Source: Clavelina lepadiformis
Taxonomy: Eukaryota
Reading direction: 5' to 3'
DNA length: 64,000 nucleotides
NCBI RefSeq assembly: GCF_947623445.1
Contig: NC_135244.1
Location: forward strand, 13,078,860 to 13,142,859
The translations under genes and the position numbers were made by a program. The stretch's first letter is position 1. Each line of letters begins with the position of its first letter. Of the stretch, positions 1-13,187 are shown in pieces. Under the pieces are notes generated by a model. It saw only the letters and a list, made by a program, of their open reading frames with translations, did not search any database and was not told the origin of the DNA.

Positions 1-450
1 TGTTACTGTTCATTGACATAAGGCAGTCCCACTCCAACTATGTATTTATTTTGTAGTATGAGAAAGTGACCAAGTAAGATTAATTTCATTTTTGTCCCAT
101 ACTTACTTTTTTAATCACATTCAAACACTTCACAGTTTCGTTTGATTTGGTTGTATCTATGTTTAGGCAATTTAAGGATCAAAAAAACTCTCTAGTGCGT
201 AAGCAAGCAATAGGTGCCCATCAAAAAGCATTAAATAACTTGTTTTCTTTCATTGTAAAATCTATTGTTCTCTAAATAAAAGGGAAATAACTTAAAGTAG
301 CAAATAAATTGTGGTACATTTTATAGTATAATTCTAAATTGTTGTGTTACAATTACTACAACATAGCTTTGCCAAAGGCCATCATCTGCGTTAGGTGGCT
401 GAGGTTAATAGAAAAAAATAGCCAATTTTACACTGATAAGCCTTTATCTA

Positions 451-473
451 TAATAATAATAATAATAATAATA
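451..473. repeat. (TAA)n microsatellite, about 7.5 units
   Basis: taataataataataataataata is read directly at 451-473. Confidence 0.9.
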
Positions 474-665
474 TTTAATCATTTTACTTCAAAACATTCA
501 AGTTCCGATTGAAACAGAAAGTTAAAGAAACCACAATAAAAGGGTAGATGAGTCACAATGTGCCTAGTGACTCTAATAAGTGGCTATAAACACAAATTAA
601 AAGGTTCAATACATAGACATCAAACACATCGATAATTGCTATCGACAATATATAGTGCATTAGTG

Positions 666-2146
666 TCATCTTGCACTAAAAAAAGTATTCAACACCTCAA
701 TATCACATGCAAGAAATCTTACTTCAAGTTTATCAGCAATTGCTTCCTCATATGGTGAATAAAGGTGTTCATTGTCTGCTTTACAAAACCAAGAGCACCT
801 CCTTACAGTTGAATGTGGTTCTTCCCAGTAAACACTGCAGCGTTCTCTTTGAGCTATACTTACATCATACCGACCGCCATCAGTGATAATCGTATCAGTT
901 GCAGCACTTCCTAAAAATAACCATATTTGAATGCTTGTGTAAGTTTCAAGGCAAAATAAGATGCACTGTAAGCTATAAGTAATGCAACAAAGCGACACCT
1001 GTTTGGTAGGCGCTTTCCAAGCTACGCGAGTCTTCATTTGAAAATGGACACCAAAGAATGTTGATTTCAGTAAGTTGCTTGGAATAAAACCAATGGGGGA
1101 CTACAGGTGGAGCAGTATTTCCTGGCACTGGCATTGACAAATTTGATGAAAATGTTGTTTCATTTACCAGCTTTGGTTGTGGATGTCCCATTGTATGAGG
1201 CGGCGGAAAAATCATGCTTTCATGGCCAACATGTTGCATGGTGGATGGGGAGTTGATGGGTAACGTATTCTGTACTATGCTAGTATTAGTTGGAAACATG
1301 GCTCTTGGCCTGTGTCCAGCCAATGCTTGGCGAGAATAAGGATTTGCATGTGCAGAATCTAGAGCAGCAGGAGGAGGATGAGGAGGCTCAACTTCATCTA
1401 CAATGGATGACTGTGATGGATTGATAGATGAATGATTATCTAGCTGAGGCGACAGTCCTGGACTTGAAGGTACAAACAACTGCGGTTCTTGTTGACCAGT
1501 TGTTATCGGAACCGAAGGTTTAGACTGCATTACAGAATCCCTTGGCAATGATGTAGGAGCAATACAAGCAAAGGGATCTGAAAGTTTTAGAATGAACTCA
1601 ATAGCTATTGTCAATGGTTTTCCCAAAACTTAGTTAAAGTCCAAATACTTTCTATCATTAAAATGCCGTAATAAAATAAACTACAGTGAAAGCATTAACT
1701 CAACATCTTTGAGTTCGAAACTTTGAGTATACTAAAACTGGGTTTGGACTGGCATGATATCGCTGAGCTTAAAGTGGAAAGACTTTCGTCAGTCCAAGGA
1801 TAAATATGCCAATGGCAGAATCAAAACATGTCATTTAATCACTTTTGGTACTAATATAATTAACTTCCAACATTTACAGTTTATATATATACTGTATTGA
1901 ATAACACGCTTAAAGTCTTGAATTCAAAAACAACTTTCAAAGATTATACCCAAATCAAACAAGGCAAACGGATATTTAGATTTTTGGACCATTTTATTAT
2001 CTTACCAGTCGATAATGAATCAGATTTCTGAGAAAACATGGTGAAAGTGGCTACATTTTCATGATGCTGTCCAATAATATTCACGTTGTCACCCAGAAAT
2101 GAAGCTTCATCTTCTGCACTTGTATCTAAAGAAATGGTGCATGCTA
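666..2146 (-). CDS. WWE-domain protein, 3'-terminal exons (partial gene; 5' exons lie upstream of 2146, possibly up to about 2250). Exons on the minus strand: 2006-2146, 999-1577 (Pro/Gln-rich region plus the N-terminal half of the WWE domain), 666-910 (rest of the WWE domain plus C-terminus, stop at 666-668).
   Basis: The minus-strand ORFs 973..1626 and 666..1037 join through a GT/AG intron: donor caaacag|gtgtcgc at 999, acceptor ttatttttag|gaagtgct at 910. The spliced product reads ...HWFYSKQLTEINILWCPFSNEDSRSLESAYQTG|SAATDTIITDGGRYDVSIAQRERCSVYWEEPHSTVRRCSWF..., which fits the WWE consensus (W..W....W.PY.......LE.AYQ.G ... R.V.RR). The acceptor ctttcag|atccc at 1577 and donor g|gtaagat at 2006 define the upstream exon. 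An in-frame stop lies immediately upstream of the acceptor at 2146. A candidate poly(A) signal (AATAAA on the minus strand) sits near 46-51. Confidence 0.55.
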
Positions 2147-2551
2147 CTGTGGATGTTTAATGTACATGCAAATGAAAAATTGTATACCTTACTTTAGAGC
2201 ATCATCTAGAACATACCTGAAGAAAATATTGCAGGTGATTGTTCTTGTACTGGCATTAACAGTGCATTTGTAGTGAACTGTATGGTATTAGCAGGAGAAA
2301 ACAAAGGATTTCCAGGTGCTTTGTCATTGGCCATTATATTTTTTAAATTACCAAAATATTGTTCTCACCACACTATTGGTCTACCTATATCCCTAATTCA
2401 AACAATGGTGAAATTATTGCGATGTAGGCAAAACTTGGTGCATTTGAGGAAAGTGGTAGAACGCCATGTGTGTCAATCTAAGGTATGATTTAATTCCTCC
2501 AGTGTGATAACTTGCAATAACCAGGGTATCAGAAAACACTATATTCTAATG

Positions 2552-2873
2552 CAGTGGTTCCCGACCTTTCTACACCGGGGGAACGATAAACATTTTTAAA
2601 AAATGTTTACGGACTGGCAACAAAAGATCGTAGTGAATAGAACAGATATGTGTAATCTTTTTGTTAACCAAAGTCTGTAGTTGCGTTTGTGTTATCAATG
2701 AAGGCGAGATACGCCAGTTTTACTGCTGTGAATCGGCCAGGCGTAAAATGAGTTTTACAGGGAGTAACAACTTTGCAATGCTTATGAGTTCGTATTAAAA
2801 CTAGCTTGTTAGAAAGTAAGATACTTTGCGGATCGGCAAAAAAATTACACGGACCGGCGGTTGGAAACCACTG
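2552..2873. mobile_element. hAT-type MITE, copy 1 (322 bp). TIR is CAGTGGTTCCCGACC ... GGTTGGAAACCACTG. Flanking 8-bp TSD is TTCTAATG / TTCTTATG (one mismatch).
   Basis: Terminal inverted repeats are read directly. The internal sequence is about 90% identical to the copy at 21633-21902. This copy has about 50 bp more internal sequence (aatgaaggcgagatacgccagttttactgctgtg). An 8-bp TSD and a CAG terminus are typical of the hAT superfamily. Confidence 0.75.
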
Positions 2874-5800
2874 TTCTTATGGCTTTACAGTAGTGAAACA
2901 ATTGCTACAATCAGTCTGTTGGACGAAATGTGGACATAGATTTTTTTAATGTAAAAACCATATAAATGTCCAAAATTTCACAAATTCTTAAAGTTTGTTT
3001 AATAGTTTTGTTTTTTTATAATTTACTTTTTAATTTAGTAAATTCAAAAGCATGAAATCGATTTGAAACAGTTCTCATTAGAAAACCACCCAATCCTAAC
3101 CTTGCAATACATACTACTAAAGTGTTAATGCCTGGAGGCGAACTTATAATTCTGATTCTTAGACTTATTAAAATGAATTCTTTCAACATTTAACGTCTTC
3201 TGGAGAATAGAGGACAAAGAGCTGCGAATTAAGCTTTTAATTAAGTTCAACACAAAGTCAAATACAACTTTTGTAGTGTATTTATTGTCTGGTTAACCGA
3301 CAGAACTTTATCCGGATATCAGATAGCTTAGTTAAAATAGTCTCGGATAATCGCTTAACCGCTATCCTGGTAGTCGACCCCTATCGGTAGATTTAACCAA
3401 ATAAATTTATTACTCTTGTTTTGAAGAAGGGAAAAACGAAATTCGGTGACTAAAAGGTTAACGGTTAGGCCGCCTAATAACCTAACACCTAACCTAAATC
3501 AGGACTCACTGAAAGCCTGAAAAGGTTAAAATTAAAACAGTCATTCTCAACTAGGCCAATTTTCTTCATTTTTGCTTTTTTCAGGCCTTTCTTTCTAGGC
3601 TAGTCTAAATCTAATATCAACTATAGGCTAAACCCATTGCCCTAAATCGACTTTTTGCATCCTTTCTTCTAACCTAACCGCCCATCTCTAACTATGGACT
3701 CCCTAACCTCACTAGGATGAAATAGTCACCGTATAGCCTACAGGTATAGCTTATCATTTTATATTTTATACAATATCGTATAATATAAAAACGGAGGTCA
3801 TGAGGTGAGCTTATGTGGAAGTGAACTTAGCCTACCTCCCATTCACTGGTTACCAAATTCTTCCCACTTTGGATACCACAGATTGCTGATTTTGCCAAAT
3901 GCTTATTTTCATAGCTAAAACCAATTTTGGTTGCCAAATTAGGTAACCAATTTTCCAAATACCCACACAAATGTCCCAATGTTCAAAAATTTTAATGATT
4001 CATGGAAACAGTACAATTCTGATATTTCCGGGTTTCCCACGCTCCGTAACGCTGAATTCTTTCCTCCAGGTACAATCATAGAAATCTAACAACAATAGAA
4101 CATAGATAGTTTAATAAGATAACATACCAACCTTTCAGGCTGTCTTTCTACTAGTGAAATACTAAGATGACAATGGAAATTTGTGATCAGTGCATCATTA
4201 GTACTGCTGTAGTCAGTAGTGTATTGGCAGAATTATCATCTGTTAATCTCTAATAAAATTATGTCGTACTCATAGATATCTTAGAAAAACAACTGCAGTG
4301 TGGTCGTAACATATTAAAGATGTGGCGAATTGGGCAAATACACTAATGCTTAGACAAAGACAATTTACCTAAACTTGATAATACAGAAAACAGTAAGGTT
4401 ACTGAAAGTTTTGCTTTATTTCCATGATTTTGAAAATTGTGCTTATTTTTTTGAGATAATATCTGAGAAATTAATTACATACAATGGCTCCGGGATTAGC
4501 TAATGACACAAATTGTATATTGCATCTGATGCAATTTAGCCTGCCTTCCATTGTAGAAAGAGATGGACAAAAGAATAATCGCACCCTCTACATATTAAAA
4601 CAAAATAAAAAAAATTAGAAAAAGTTTTAACTTTGATTAACATTTTTGGATTATACATCACTGTATTTTTTGCTCATTTTTGGCAAAAAGAAGCACGCCA
4701 AAAAGTGGTGGGTCCGGGCTTTCCCCTAAATCCGGCCTTGAATCTAAGCTTGAGCTAATTGTTATTGAAACCTGGAGTTGTCACACCTCCCTGATCCCTG
4801 TATCTCGACAGCCAAACAAAATAAGCTGAGTACATTGTTGCACATCCTTATTGTTACCGTCAAAGTATACTTGTTACGCTTGATATTGGTGTCGTTTTTA
4901 ACATTTTTAAATGAATGTCTGTAGTGATTAAGCCATACCTTAAAAGTAAACAAATGCTCAAAAGTTGTTGTAGCCTTTACGACAATGCCTTTCACCACGG
5001 TGAAAGCAGAACATAGTAACTGACAAATGGTTGTAGAGGCAGTGTTCTAGGTAGGTATTCGCTTAGTGATCTATAGTTTGTAAGAAATATTAAGCTTAAC
5101 GTATCGATTGGTATTATACATTCTGTTGAGTTCTTATCTAATCTATAATTATAACCTGACCCCAATACTAAGCTTTCAGAAGGGTTGCATATCCTATTTA
5201 GAAACACTCCAAACTTATCATTTAAAAGTAGGCCTATATTGTATCAAATTTACATTTCTCTATACCGGTAAATGATTTGTTTAACGTTTTAAATAAAGGC
5301 ATAACATGCAGTGTCTACTTTATCTGAAAGACAGCCGCGCTGTTTGTGTTCTCTTTGCAGCTGAGGCATGTAGACGGTTGCATGTATACAGGTGAGCGAA
5401 CAGAGTCGGAGGAACAACTCCCTGACCGGGTAGGGCCCCATGGTAAAACCGGCCCCCCAAATCTGACTAAAGACTTAATTTTATGCATGTAAGCAACCAA
5501 AACTGAACTTACACATTTTCTCTTTCAGTATTCATATTTATCTATGGCAATGATTTAGGAGTCACGGGAGAGCTGTAAATTTGTCTGGGCCAATGACAGT
5601 GGAGGTCAAGTGAGACGCAGTTACGACAACGCGCCACACACTTATGCGAGTATGGCCTATGGTCTTCTGCTAATTAGACGTATTGTTGGGGTTGTGAACA
5701 GTTGTTAGTTATTGCTTGATCGATTGTTCGCTAATCTGACTCCATTTATAGCGCGTTCATTAACCCCTGATAGCTAGTTAAGCATTACAGTACCAGAACC

Positions 5801-6754
5801 AAACTGTTAATGTCTTGAATAATCATTTATTATTGGTTCTCAACGAAACGATTACTGTTTTCAGAGCACAAAATAAAGCTCCATTCGGTAGACTGTAAAG
5901 TCACAGACTGACAACGTCAGAACTAACGCGTTATGCGCTGTAGCATGAACAGCGTAATTAGGAAGTAGTCAAAACCAGGTCGTGTATACTAAACACGGCC
6001 AAAATATACAGCGCTTGTTGATAAACTCACGAACTAGAACACAAATAACATTATAATATCATCAGATCAGCACGAGAATTCCGTAGGAATACGGGCTAAT
6101 TATGACAATTAGCACACTCGTATAAAGAGCATACATGGCCTCAGGAACCAGTGATTTCGTCGTCAAACAACCAAAAATGTCAAGTGCGGTGGAAACAATG
6201 CTCACACGCAATGGACGTTTGCACTTGGTGCGCAATTTCACAGGAATGTACACAGTTTCACTAGATTTTGTTTGTTACACCGTTCGTTAGATTATTCAGT
6301 ATAACCAATTGAAAATTGATTGCACAGAAGTGCTGTCCAAGACATTAAATGCAAAATAACGCACCTTGTGCGGTGCTGAAGCTCATGAAAAGCAATACTG
6401 AGTGCGCCTATGCCAAACTCTGCATTCTGGCTGAAAGACACCCCACAGGACATAGGTGGTCAGCATCTTAGAAATTTGCTGACCACAGCTATTTTGTTAT
6501 TCTGCTTGCAAATCTCTTGTTATTCCTATGCAGCTATGTTCATGATGTTAGGCCTAAGTTAATTTGGTATGCGCACTGCACAATTTGGTTTGCGGACAGC
6601 TGGTTTCTTGTCTGCAACATCTCTAATTTCCACCAGTCATAATCCAAATTTTCTTTATATCTTGTGTGACTTATTGTTATTTCAATATCCGTTGATTTTT
6701 ACAGTATTACATATACGTTAAAATAAATCTACGTTTATATAAATATCGAAGTGA

Positions 6755-7395
6755 TTATTTCACCGACGTCCGTTCACCGAAGTTACTGAATTACAAAACG
6801 GTAACCGGCAGATTTTTATTGATGTGTTTATCGCTCCCGTTTTGGATGAGGGTAAAGGAAAGCGCAATACGCTGGCGTTGTGGTTAACTATGGGGCTCGT
6901 ATGCTGGAGGTCTCCGGTTCAAATTTTGCTATTGTTTCACTTTTCTTTGTCCAAATTTATTTTTGATATAATTTAGTTATGCGAGGTGAAAGTTTGAGCT
7001 GGAAGGCATTAGTTTTAAACTAATTTAGACAGTTAATTTAAAAAATAGTCATTTTTAGTTGGTAAATAACGTTTATTTCAACTCGAAGCGTAGCTTAGTA
7101 ATTTAATCACCGGAAGTTAGAGTTTGGGCCAGAGGGTATTAGTTTTAGGATAATTTACATTTTGAAAAAATTAGTACGTTGTTTTGAGTTGAAAATTAGC
7201 ATACATTTCAATTCATTCACTAGCCTAATTGCCATTTACCGTATTCATATTTTCCTACTTTGCTAAACGCCGGTCGGTGAAATTAATATCTACTTCACCA
7301 GCCGCCGTTTTAATAACCGATGTAAGAAAATACCAATACCGGCTATAGCCGTTTATCGAAGTAGCTTTTTGGGTAACCGGCAGTCGGTGAAATAA
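6755..7395. mobile_element. Putative MITE-like element bounded by 13-bp inverted repeats TTATTTCACCGAC ... GTCGGTGAAATAA. It contains two diverged internal tandem copies of about 125 bp (6975-7230) and a tRNA-like, SINE-like segment (6880-6900).
   Basis: Inverted terminal repeats are read directly. The internal tandem duplication runs gtgaaagtttgagctggaaggcattagttttaaactaatttagac... / ggaagttagagtttgggccagagggtattagttttaggataatttac... I did not find a clear TSD. Confidence 0.35.
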
Positions 7396-9448
7396 TTTTA
7401 ATATTTGTGTTAAATACTTTATTTTGTATGATTTGTTAAATAATAGACGGGGGCCCCAAAGTCCAGGCTTTGGCAGGGAGGCTCAAAACACCTATCACCG
7501 ACACTGTGACCGAGAAAATTAACAAACAAATAAATGCTTCGGTTAATACAATTATATAACTTATTTTAAAACCACACAGGAATGATGCTGCAAGAATTGG
7601 TTTCGTCTGTTGTGACTAGGTTGTGAAATCTTGCTTTACCTGATTTTAGCCAATAAGAAGCAGCCATCACTTATTGAAATATTTTTAGCAAGACACGGCT
7701 CAAAGTTCGCTCAATGACTTTAAGTCACTTTTTATAGTAGTGAGAAAAAACGCATCAAGGTACGCTACAAAACAAGTTCTAAAACTTGCGGAATAAAATG
7801 ATATATTTGTATCGAATCGGAGAGGTTTGGTTATAGTAGTAGTATGCCGCCAAACTCACTGTAATAGCCATAAGTGACTTAGCTCAGATGTATAATCGAT
7901 ATACATTACCCTTCAGAAGGGCGTCTCCACCCTATAGCTCACAGGCGGCTTTAAACTGAATAAATCACAAAAAGTACAGCCTATATGTAGCTACCACGAG
8001 TGTATATAGTCAGTGTAAACTTTGTTTCGTGAATTCGCGACGCACACGATCCAGGTGCATACCAGTTACATCATAATTACTGCAAATGAACAAAAACATC
8101 TTAAAATACATAACTAAATAACAGAAAAGTGGCGGTGTACGCCACATTTCCATTTCAAGTTATTTCTATGGTAGACGCAAAACGGCTTCTATCATCATTA
8201 CTTATCATTAGTTTGATTGGCGGCCCCATCTGAAAAGATTTGCATCTTGTAACGGAAAAACTATTTGTATGTACCGAGGGCCCAGGGATAATTATACTCG
8301 TTAGGTTTTTAACTAATATTTGGTTATAAGAAAAAATTGTTTGATCTGATTGGTACACTTGCACTTATATTTCTTGATTAGCTTTCTGAATCATACTCTA
8401 TATAACGAAAGCGTTGTACATTCAGATACATGTCTGATATGACTTGTACCGCATTTTTTGTTTCCAAATTGCGCACAAAACCGCTCGCATAGAAAACGCC
8501 TTGCTATAATCAGCTTAGGCTTGCGTAATAACAGGTCGGCAAACTGATCAGAAGAATTTCCGTGGCTATGATCAAGTTCCATGACTATTCAAATTCTGCA
8601 AAGCTTTCGGACAATCTTCACACTACACGAAAGAAAAAAAGACTTTTATAGATACTTAACGTAAGTGTTTTACCATCTCGTCATTCAGAAGTATTACTGT
8701 GTCAGAAGAAGTATCGAAAATTATTGAATTGTGTTATAGTGCCAATCGCACAAAATAGACGCGTGACAAGCCGCATTGTTTTAGATTTCGTATGTTATAT
8801 AGTCACGATCTATTTTATTGATCAGGTATTCACTGCTTAGTGCTTACACACCTGGTCCCTATTGCCGTATCAACTACGTAGGCCTACCAGGGTTGTGCAA
8901 AAATGAAAACTTTGAACTTTAAAGCTCTTGCGAGCCTGACCCGTCGACTTCATGATAAAACAAACAAAGGAACCGATTTTTGAAAAGAAAAAAGTTTTTA
9001 TCGATATTGTTGGCTATAGCCTACATTCAAACCCTATATGCCCACGGTATATGAACTTGTTATAATTGACGTAATAACAGAAACTATTTTGCTAAAAGTT
9101 TTCAAGACCATGAACTATTTTGTATAGGCTTCTTTGCGGTTTCGTTTTTGTTGAAAAAAAAAACAAAACAGAAACATGCCAGTGATACTGCCACTATGCG
9201 TGACGTATTAAGCACTAATTTATTGGACTTACCACGGGCACAGCAAGATTAGAAATTATTTTCGGTCGCAAATATTGGAGCAATTATAATTTTTTGCTTT
9301 TTTTTGGTCGAAAAAGTAAACGTTTGAGTTAAACCAAGGGTAGGCTTGAAGCTAGGGTTCATGAGAACACTCAAAAATGTTGACGTTCGTACCGAGCCTT
9401 CGGGCTCGTGTTTGGCACATCCCAAGTACTGTCTTGTGTATATATAAT

Positions 9449-9535
9449 CTTCTATTAACCGCAATAATATAATATTCCATAGTCTATTAACCGCAATAAT
9501 ATAATATTCCCTAGTCTATTAACCGCAAACGTAAA
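9449..9535. repeat. Tandem repeat of a 35-bp unit (tctattaaccgcaataatataatattccatag), about 2.5 copies
   Basis: Direct repetition is read at 9449-9535. The third copy is truncated and diverged (…ccgcaaacg). Confidence 0.85.
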
Positions 9536-10341
9536 TAAACACACAGTATATCTCACTTAGAATTAGCATACAAAACGATGTAGCAAATAAAGCATAATCA
9601 TTATCGCTTAGTTCCAAAATAAGAAGGAATGATAAAAACGAAGATAGTAATACAGCACGAAATTTGTGCAGGAGTAGAGTCAAATACATGAGAAATGTTC
9701 AGTTTGGTGAACATGTGTGGTTGTATGAGATACTTTTCGTTGCGTAAGGGTGTACGATTGATCACAAATCTTAAACTTGTGGTGTAGCCTATATAGCATA
9801 ACCAAATGCTCTCAGGTACGTGTAAAAACACAAACTACTCACTCAATTTGTGAAATAAGGTAGTGGTGCACTATTCCTTCAAAACCGGGAAAACCTAATC
9901 ATACAGTACCAGTGATATATAAGACTAATTTTTTATGTGTTAATGAGGTCAATGCAGTTTGCAACTTTGCAAGCCTCTAAATAGCTACTGAGATATTAAA
10001 AGAAATCAGAAATTCAATAGGCTATTTGTGGACTGCAAATATGAGGTGGAAAATTGAAGCATGTCAAATTTCTCTGAACTCGCAGTAGATAAGGACTTCT
10101 TTGAAATTCAAGACTTTTATCAATACGTTTTAAAGGCTATACCAACATTTTGACGATTACTTTCCTATTACAAACGTATTGGGACAAGGCTAGACTAATT
10201 TAGTGTAAAGGGTGTTTTTGCTGTTTTGTATAAGTACGATCGTCGTAAAAGTGTTGCCAGCCCGATAAGCTTTTTAAAGATGTTTTTACCGAACTACAGT
10301 ATATGTCTTAATTTTATTGGTAGAATTTGCAACGATTAAGT

Positions 10342-11651
10342 ATGTATTTCTATGCTGTGATTTTCATGCTCCTCCATTTTAGGCCAACAATTTTTGCACA
10401 CGAAGCCACTTTGTAAGTATACGTTAACTCGGTAAGCTTAAAGTTATTCGTGCATCTTCCTGTGTTTCAAAGGATATTTGGTATACTGCAGGTGTGTTAA
10501 TTTGTGTCCGCCATGCCTTGCCCAAAGAGTAGCGCTGGAATGTCCACCAGAACCTGTTTGTACGGAGAAAGTCAAAGAGCCCGGATGCGGTTGCTGCTTA
10601 GTCTGTGCTTTAACTGAAGGAGAAAGGTAGAAAGTATATACGTAATACCAGAAGCATAACAGTTTTTGAAATATTTTACAAAGTTGTAGGTTAATCACCA
10701 TGTAAGATAGAACAAAATTATAAGTTTGAAGAGATATTTAATCATTAAAGAAAGTATGTAATTCCGGGATTTCTTTAGATGTGGTATCAATCTTCCCGCA
10801 TGTGCCAGCGGTTTAAAATGTTTAACTAAAGAAAAACGATTTGGAATAATTGAAATTCTTGAAAACCACGGTACTTGCCAACATGCCCCACACACATTGA
10901 TAAGTGAGTGACCAACTGAAAATAATTAATATAAAATTGCTCATTTACAGTAGGACATGACCTTAAACCATGAATTAATAACTATAATTTACGTGTAACA
11001 AGTTTTAATTGGAATGATTTTAATCACAGGTTTATCACCAGAACACACTCGATCTTTACATAAATCTAGACGTTTGAAGCTGAGGACACGAAAAAGAAAA
11101 CGATACCCACGACATCCTCATTATGGACTCCTTGCTCCTATCAATGGCAACGTATGTTTCTAAGAAAACCAAACCTTTTTGTCGACGACATAATCCTTTG
11201 CGAAAAAGTTTAGATTATTTCTTCTCCTAAACGTTAATTTTTGCCGATTAATTTAAGAGGTGTGGCGGGTAAGATGGTCGTTTAAAATAATACCCTAAAA
11301 TAAAACTTCCAAAAACGATTTCATCGAAATCTTTCATAAACAGGGACCATGTGCAAGACACTATGAAACCCTTATGACTTCCTGTGGAACTTTACCAGCA
11401 CGGGTGTGGTTGCCCCATTGCGATAAACGGGGAAATTATGCCCCAAAACAGGTGACCAATTTCTTGAAGAAAATGCTGTTTACTGTTTCAACACTATGCT
11501 TAAAAAAAAACATATTCAAACATTTATGTGTCTTTTATAGTGCATGTCATCAAAAGGTTTACAAAGAGGCAAATGCTGGTGCGTAAACAAAAACGGGCAT
11601 GCAATTCCTGAAACTCCATACACCGAAGGTCCCTTGTTCTGCTACCGATGA
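10342..11651 (+). CDS. IGFBP-like secreted protein, about 223 aa (N-terminal insulin-like-growth-factor-binding IB domain plus C-terminal thyroglobulin type-1 domain). Exons: 10342-10412 (putative signal peptide [23 protein letters not shown]), 10492-10626, 10779-10903, 11030-11151, 11344-11451, 11541-11651 (stop TGA at 11649-11651).
   Basis: Exons 2-3 translate to [45 protein letters not shown] / [42 protein letters not shown]. This has the 12-Cys IB spacing including the hallmark GCGCC..CA motif. Exon 4 is a basic linker ([19 protein letters not shown]). Exons 5-6 give [36 protein letters not shown]|[36 protein letters not shown], a thyroglobulin type-1 domain (P.C...G.Y.P.QC ... G.CWCV..G..I.G). 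All introns are GT..AG and phase-consistent, and the summed exon length of 672 nt is a multiple of 3. The start codon and signal-peptide exon are the least certain parts. Confidence 0.7.
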
Positions 11652-13187
11652 GTTCCGCATTTTATGTTGGATTGCAGCGCGGACAAAAGATAAACACGAG
11701 AAGCCATAATACTATCCTATAGCCTGCTCATTATGATAACATTTTAAAATCACCGTGCAGCGCACCAAGGTTTACCCACACTGAACTTTGAGAATTCTTA
11801 TAGCGCCCTTTCTTCATATCATTTATACTATATTTGTTTTGTATTTATGACACTTTTTGTGCGCAGTACTTTTACTGATTTTCTTCTAAATGCGCTTTAT
11901 GAATTTCTATTGCTGTCGAAAGTGATAGATACTGCGCCCCAAAAATTGCCGGAAAAAAACTTTGTTTAGGTTATTCTATGACTTTACCCAATTAAACTTG
12001 TTTTAGTTGTGTACGCTTAAAATGATTTTTTTCAACTAAGACATAACAACTTTTATCGTCATGTGTTGTCGCGAAAAACATATAGCTTATACGTTTTGCA
12101 TGCAATATAAAGTAATGTACTAAAAAGGTATGGAAAGAATTGTATAAAGTTATTTTTACTGAAAAAACGAAATTTAATAAACCTCTCTTTACAATATAAA
12201 CAAAACCTTGTACATATGCACATGCAAACAAAACGGGCAGATCCTTCACGTTTCGCAAACACTTTGTGTACCCCTAATTACGCAAAAAATTTACATTCTG
12301 GGCCGCCTTGATACAACGATTGGTTGTGTCGAACTGGGGCTGCTACTCTTCGTACAGCTGCTCTACCCTTGATTTAGTCCACCGCAACTGACGAGTATCA
12401 CAGCACACACTCCACCATATCGACACTGTCATAAACGGCGTCTCGCGTACTATGACTAAATTTCCAATTGTCTACGTCTCACAACGTTTGCCAATCGTCC
12501 CATCCCTACACCCTGCTGAGCTACATTATTATACTTGCACGACAAAGCTTTAAATATATGTTTATTTACTGTTTGAATGAAATATTTTGCCGCTAAACGA
12601 GTGTTTAATTACCATAGAATTAGAATTGCATTAGCTTATAATGGCGCTACTGTCACGAGAATATCTTTACACACTTGTTTTAAGAAGCACTGCATTTTAA
12701 TGTTATATAATCCAAATTTTAAGGCACTAGTTTGCGGTGTAGTTTGTTATTGTGTAGTAATACTTTACCTTTGTGGCACTTGTGACCTTTTTTAGTGTTT
12801 TTAGAAAATTGTAGTTGTAGATACACGTACACGTTTTTCTTTGTTCCCTACAACTCTTCCCCGAAGCAAATCACGCTACCCGAGAATCCTTATTTCGTTA
12901 ATTGATGATGGTGGATGGTACGACGGTTTGGTGACCAAGTGTTGATTCAGTCTACGTTTGGATTTAATAGAAGAAACATGGTTGTTTTTATCAAAGAAAT
13001 GCTAATAAAAGTTAGAAAAGCAAAAGGAGCTAATTGACTAGCCGTAAAAACAGGAAGTTTTATGGCTAAGGAAAATCTTGGTTACACTACTACTAAATCT
13101 TCAACGAGCTGGCGTATGTCACCCAATTAAACGTTTTATGTGGCCAAATAAAAACTTTTATTGTTAAAGTAAATACAGCATAATGAC

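Noticed and set aside
3470-3730. Scattered CTAACC / CCCTAA motifs reminiscent of telomeric repeats
   Set aside because: The motifs are interspersed and non-tandem, with no perfect (TTAGGG)n array. They are more likely low-complexity or repeat-derived sequence than interstitial telomeric repeats.
5300-5500. Minus-strand 61-aa ORF and GC-rich patch (gggccccatggtaaaaccggcccccc)
   Set aside because: It has no domain, splice context or repeat structure I can support. Probably a repeat-derived fragment.
6880-6900. tRNA-like T-arm motif (tccggttcaaatt) that suggests a tRNA gene
   Set aside because: No complementary acceptor or T stems and no cloverleaf can be drawn. It lies inside a MITE/SINE-like repeat, so it is probably a tRNA-derived SINE remnant rather than a functional tRNA gene.
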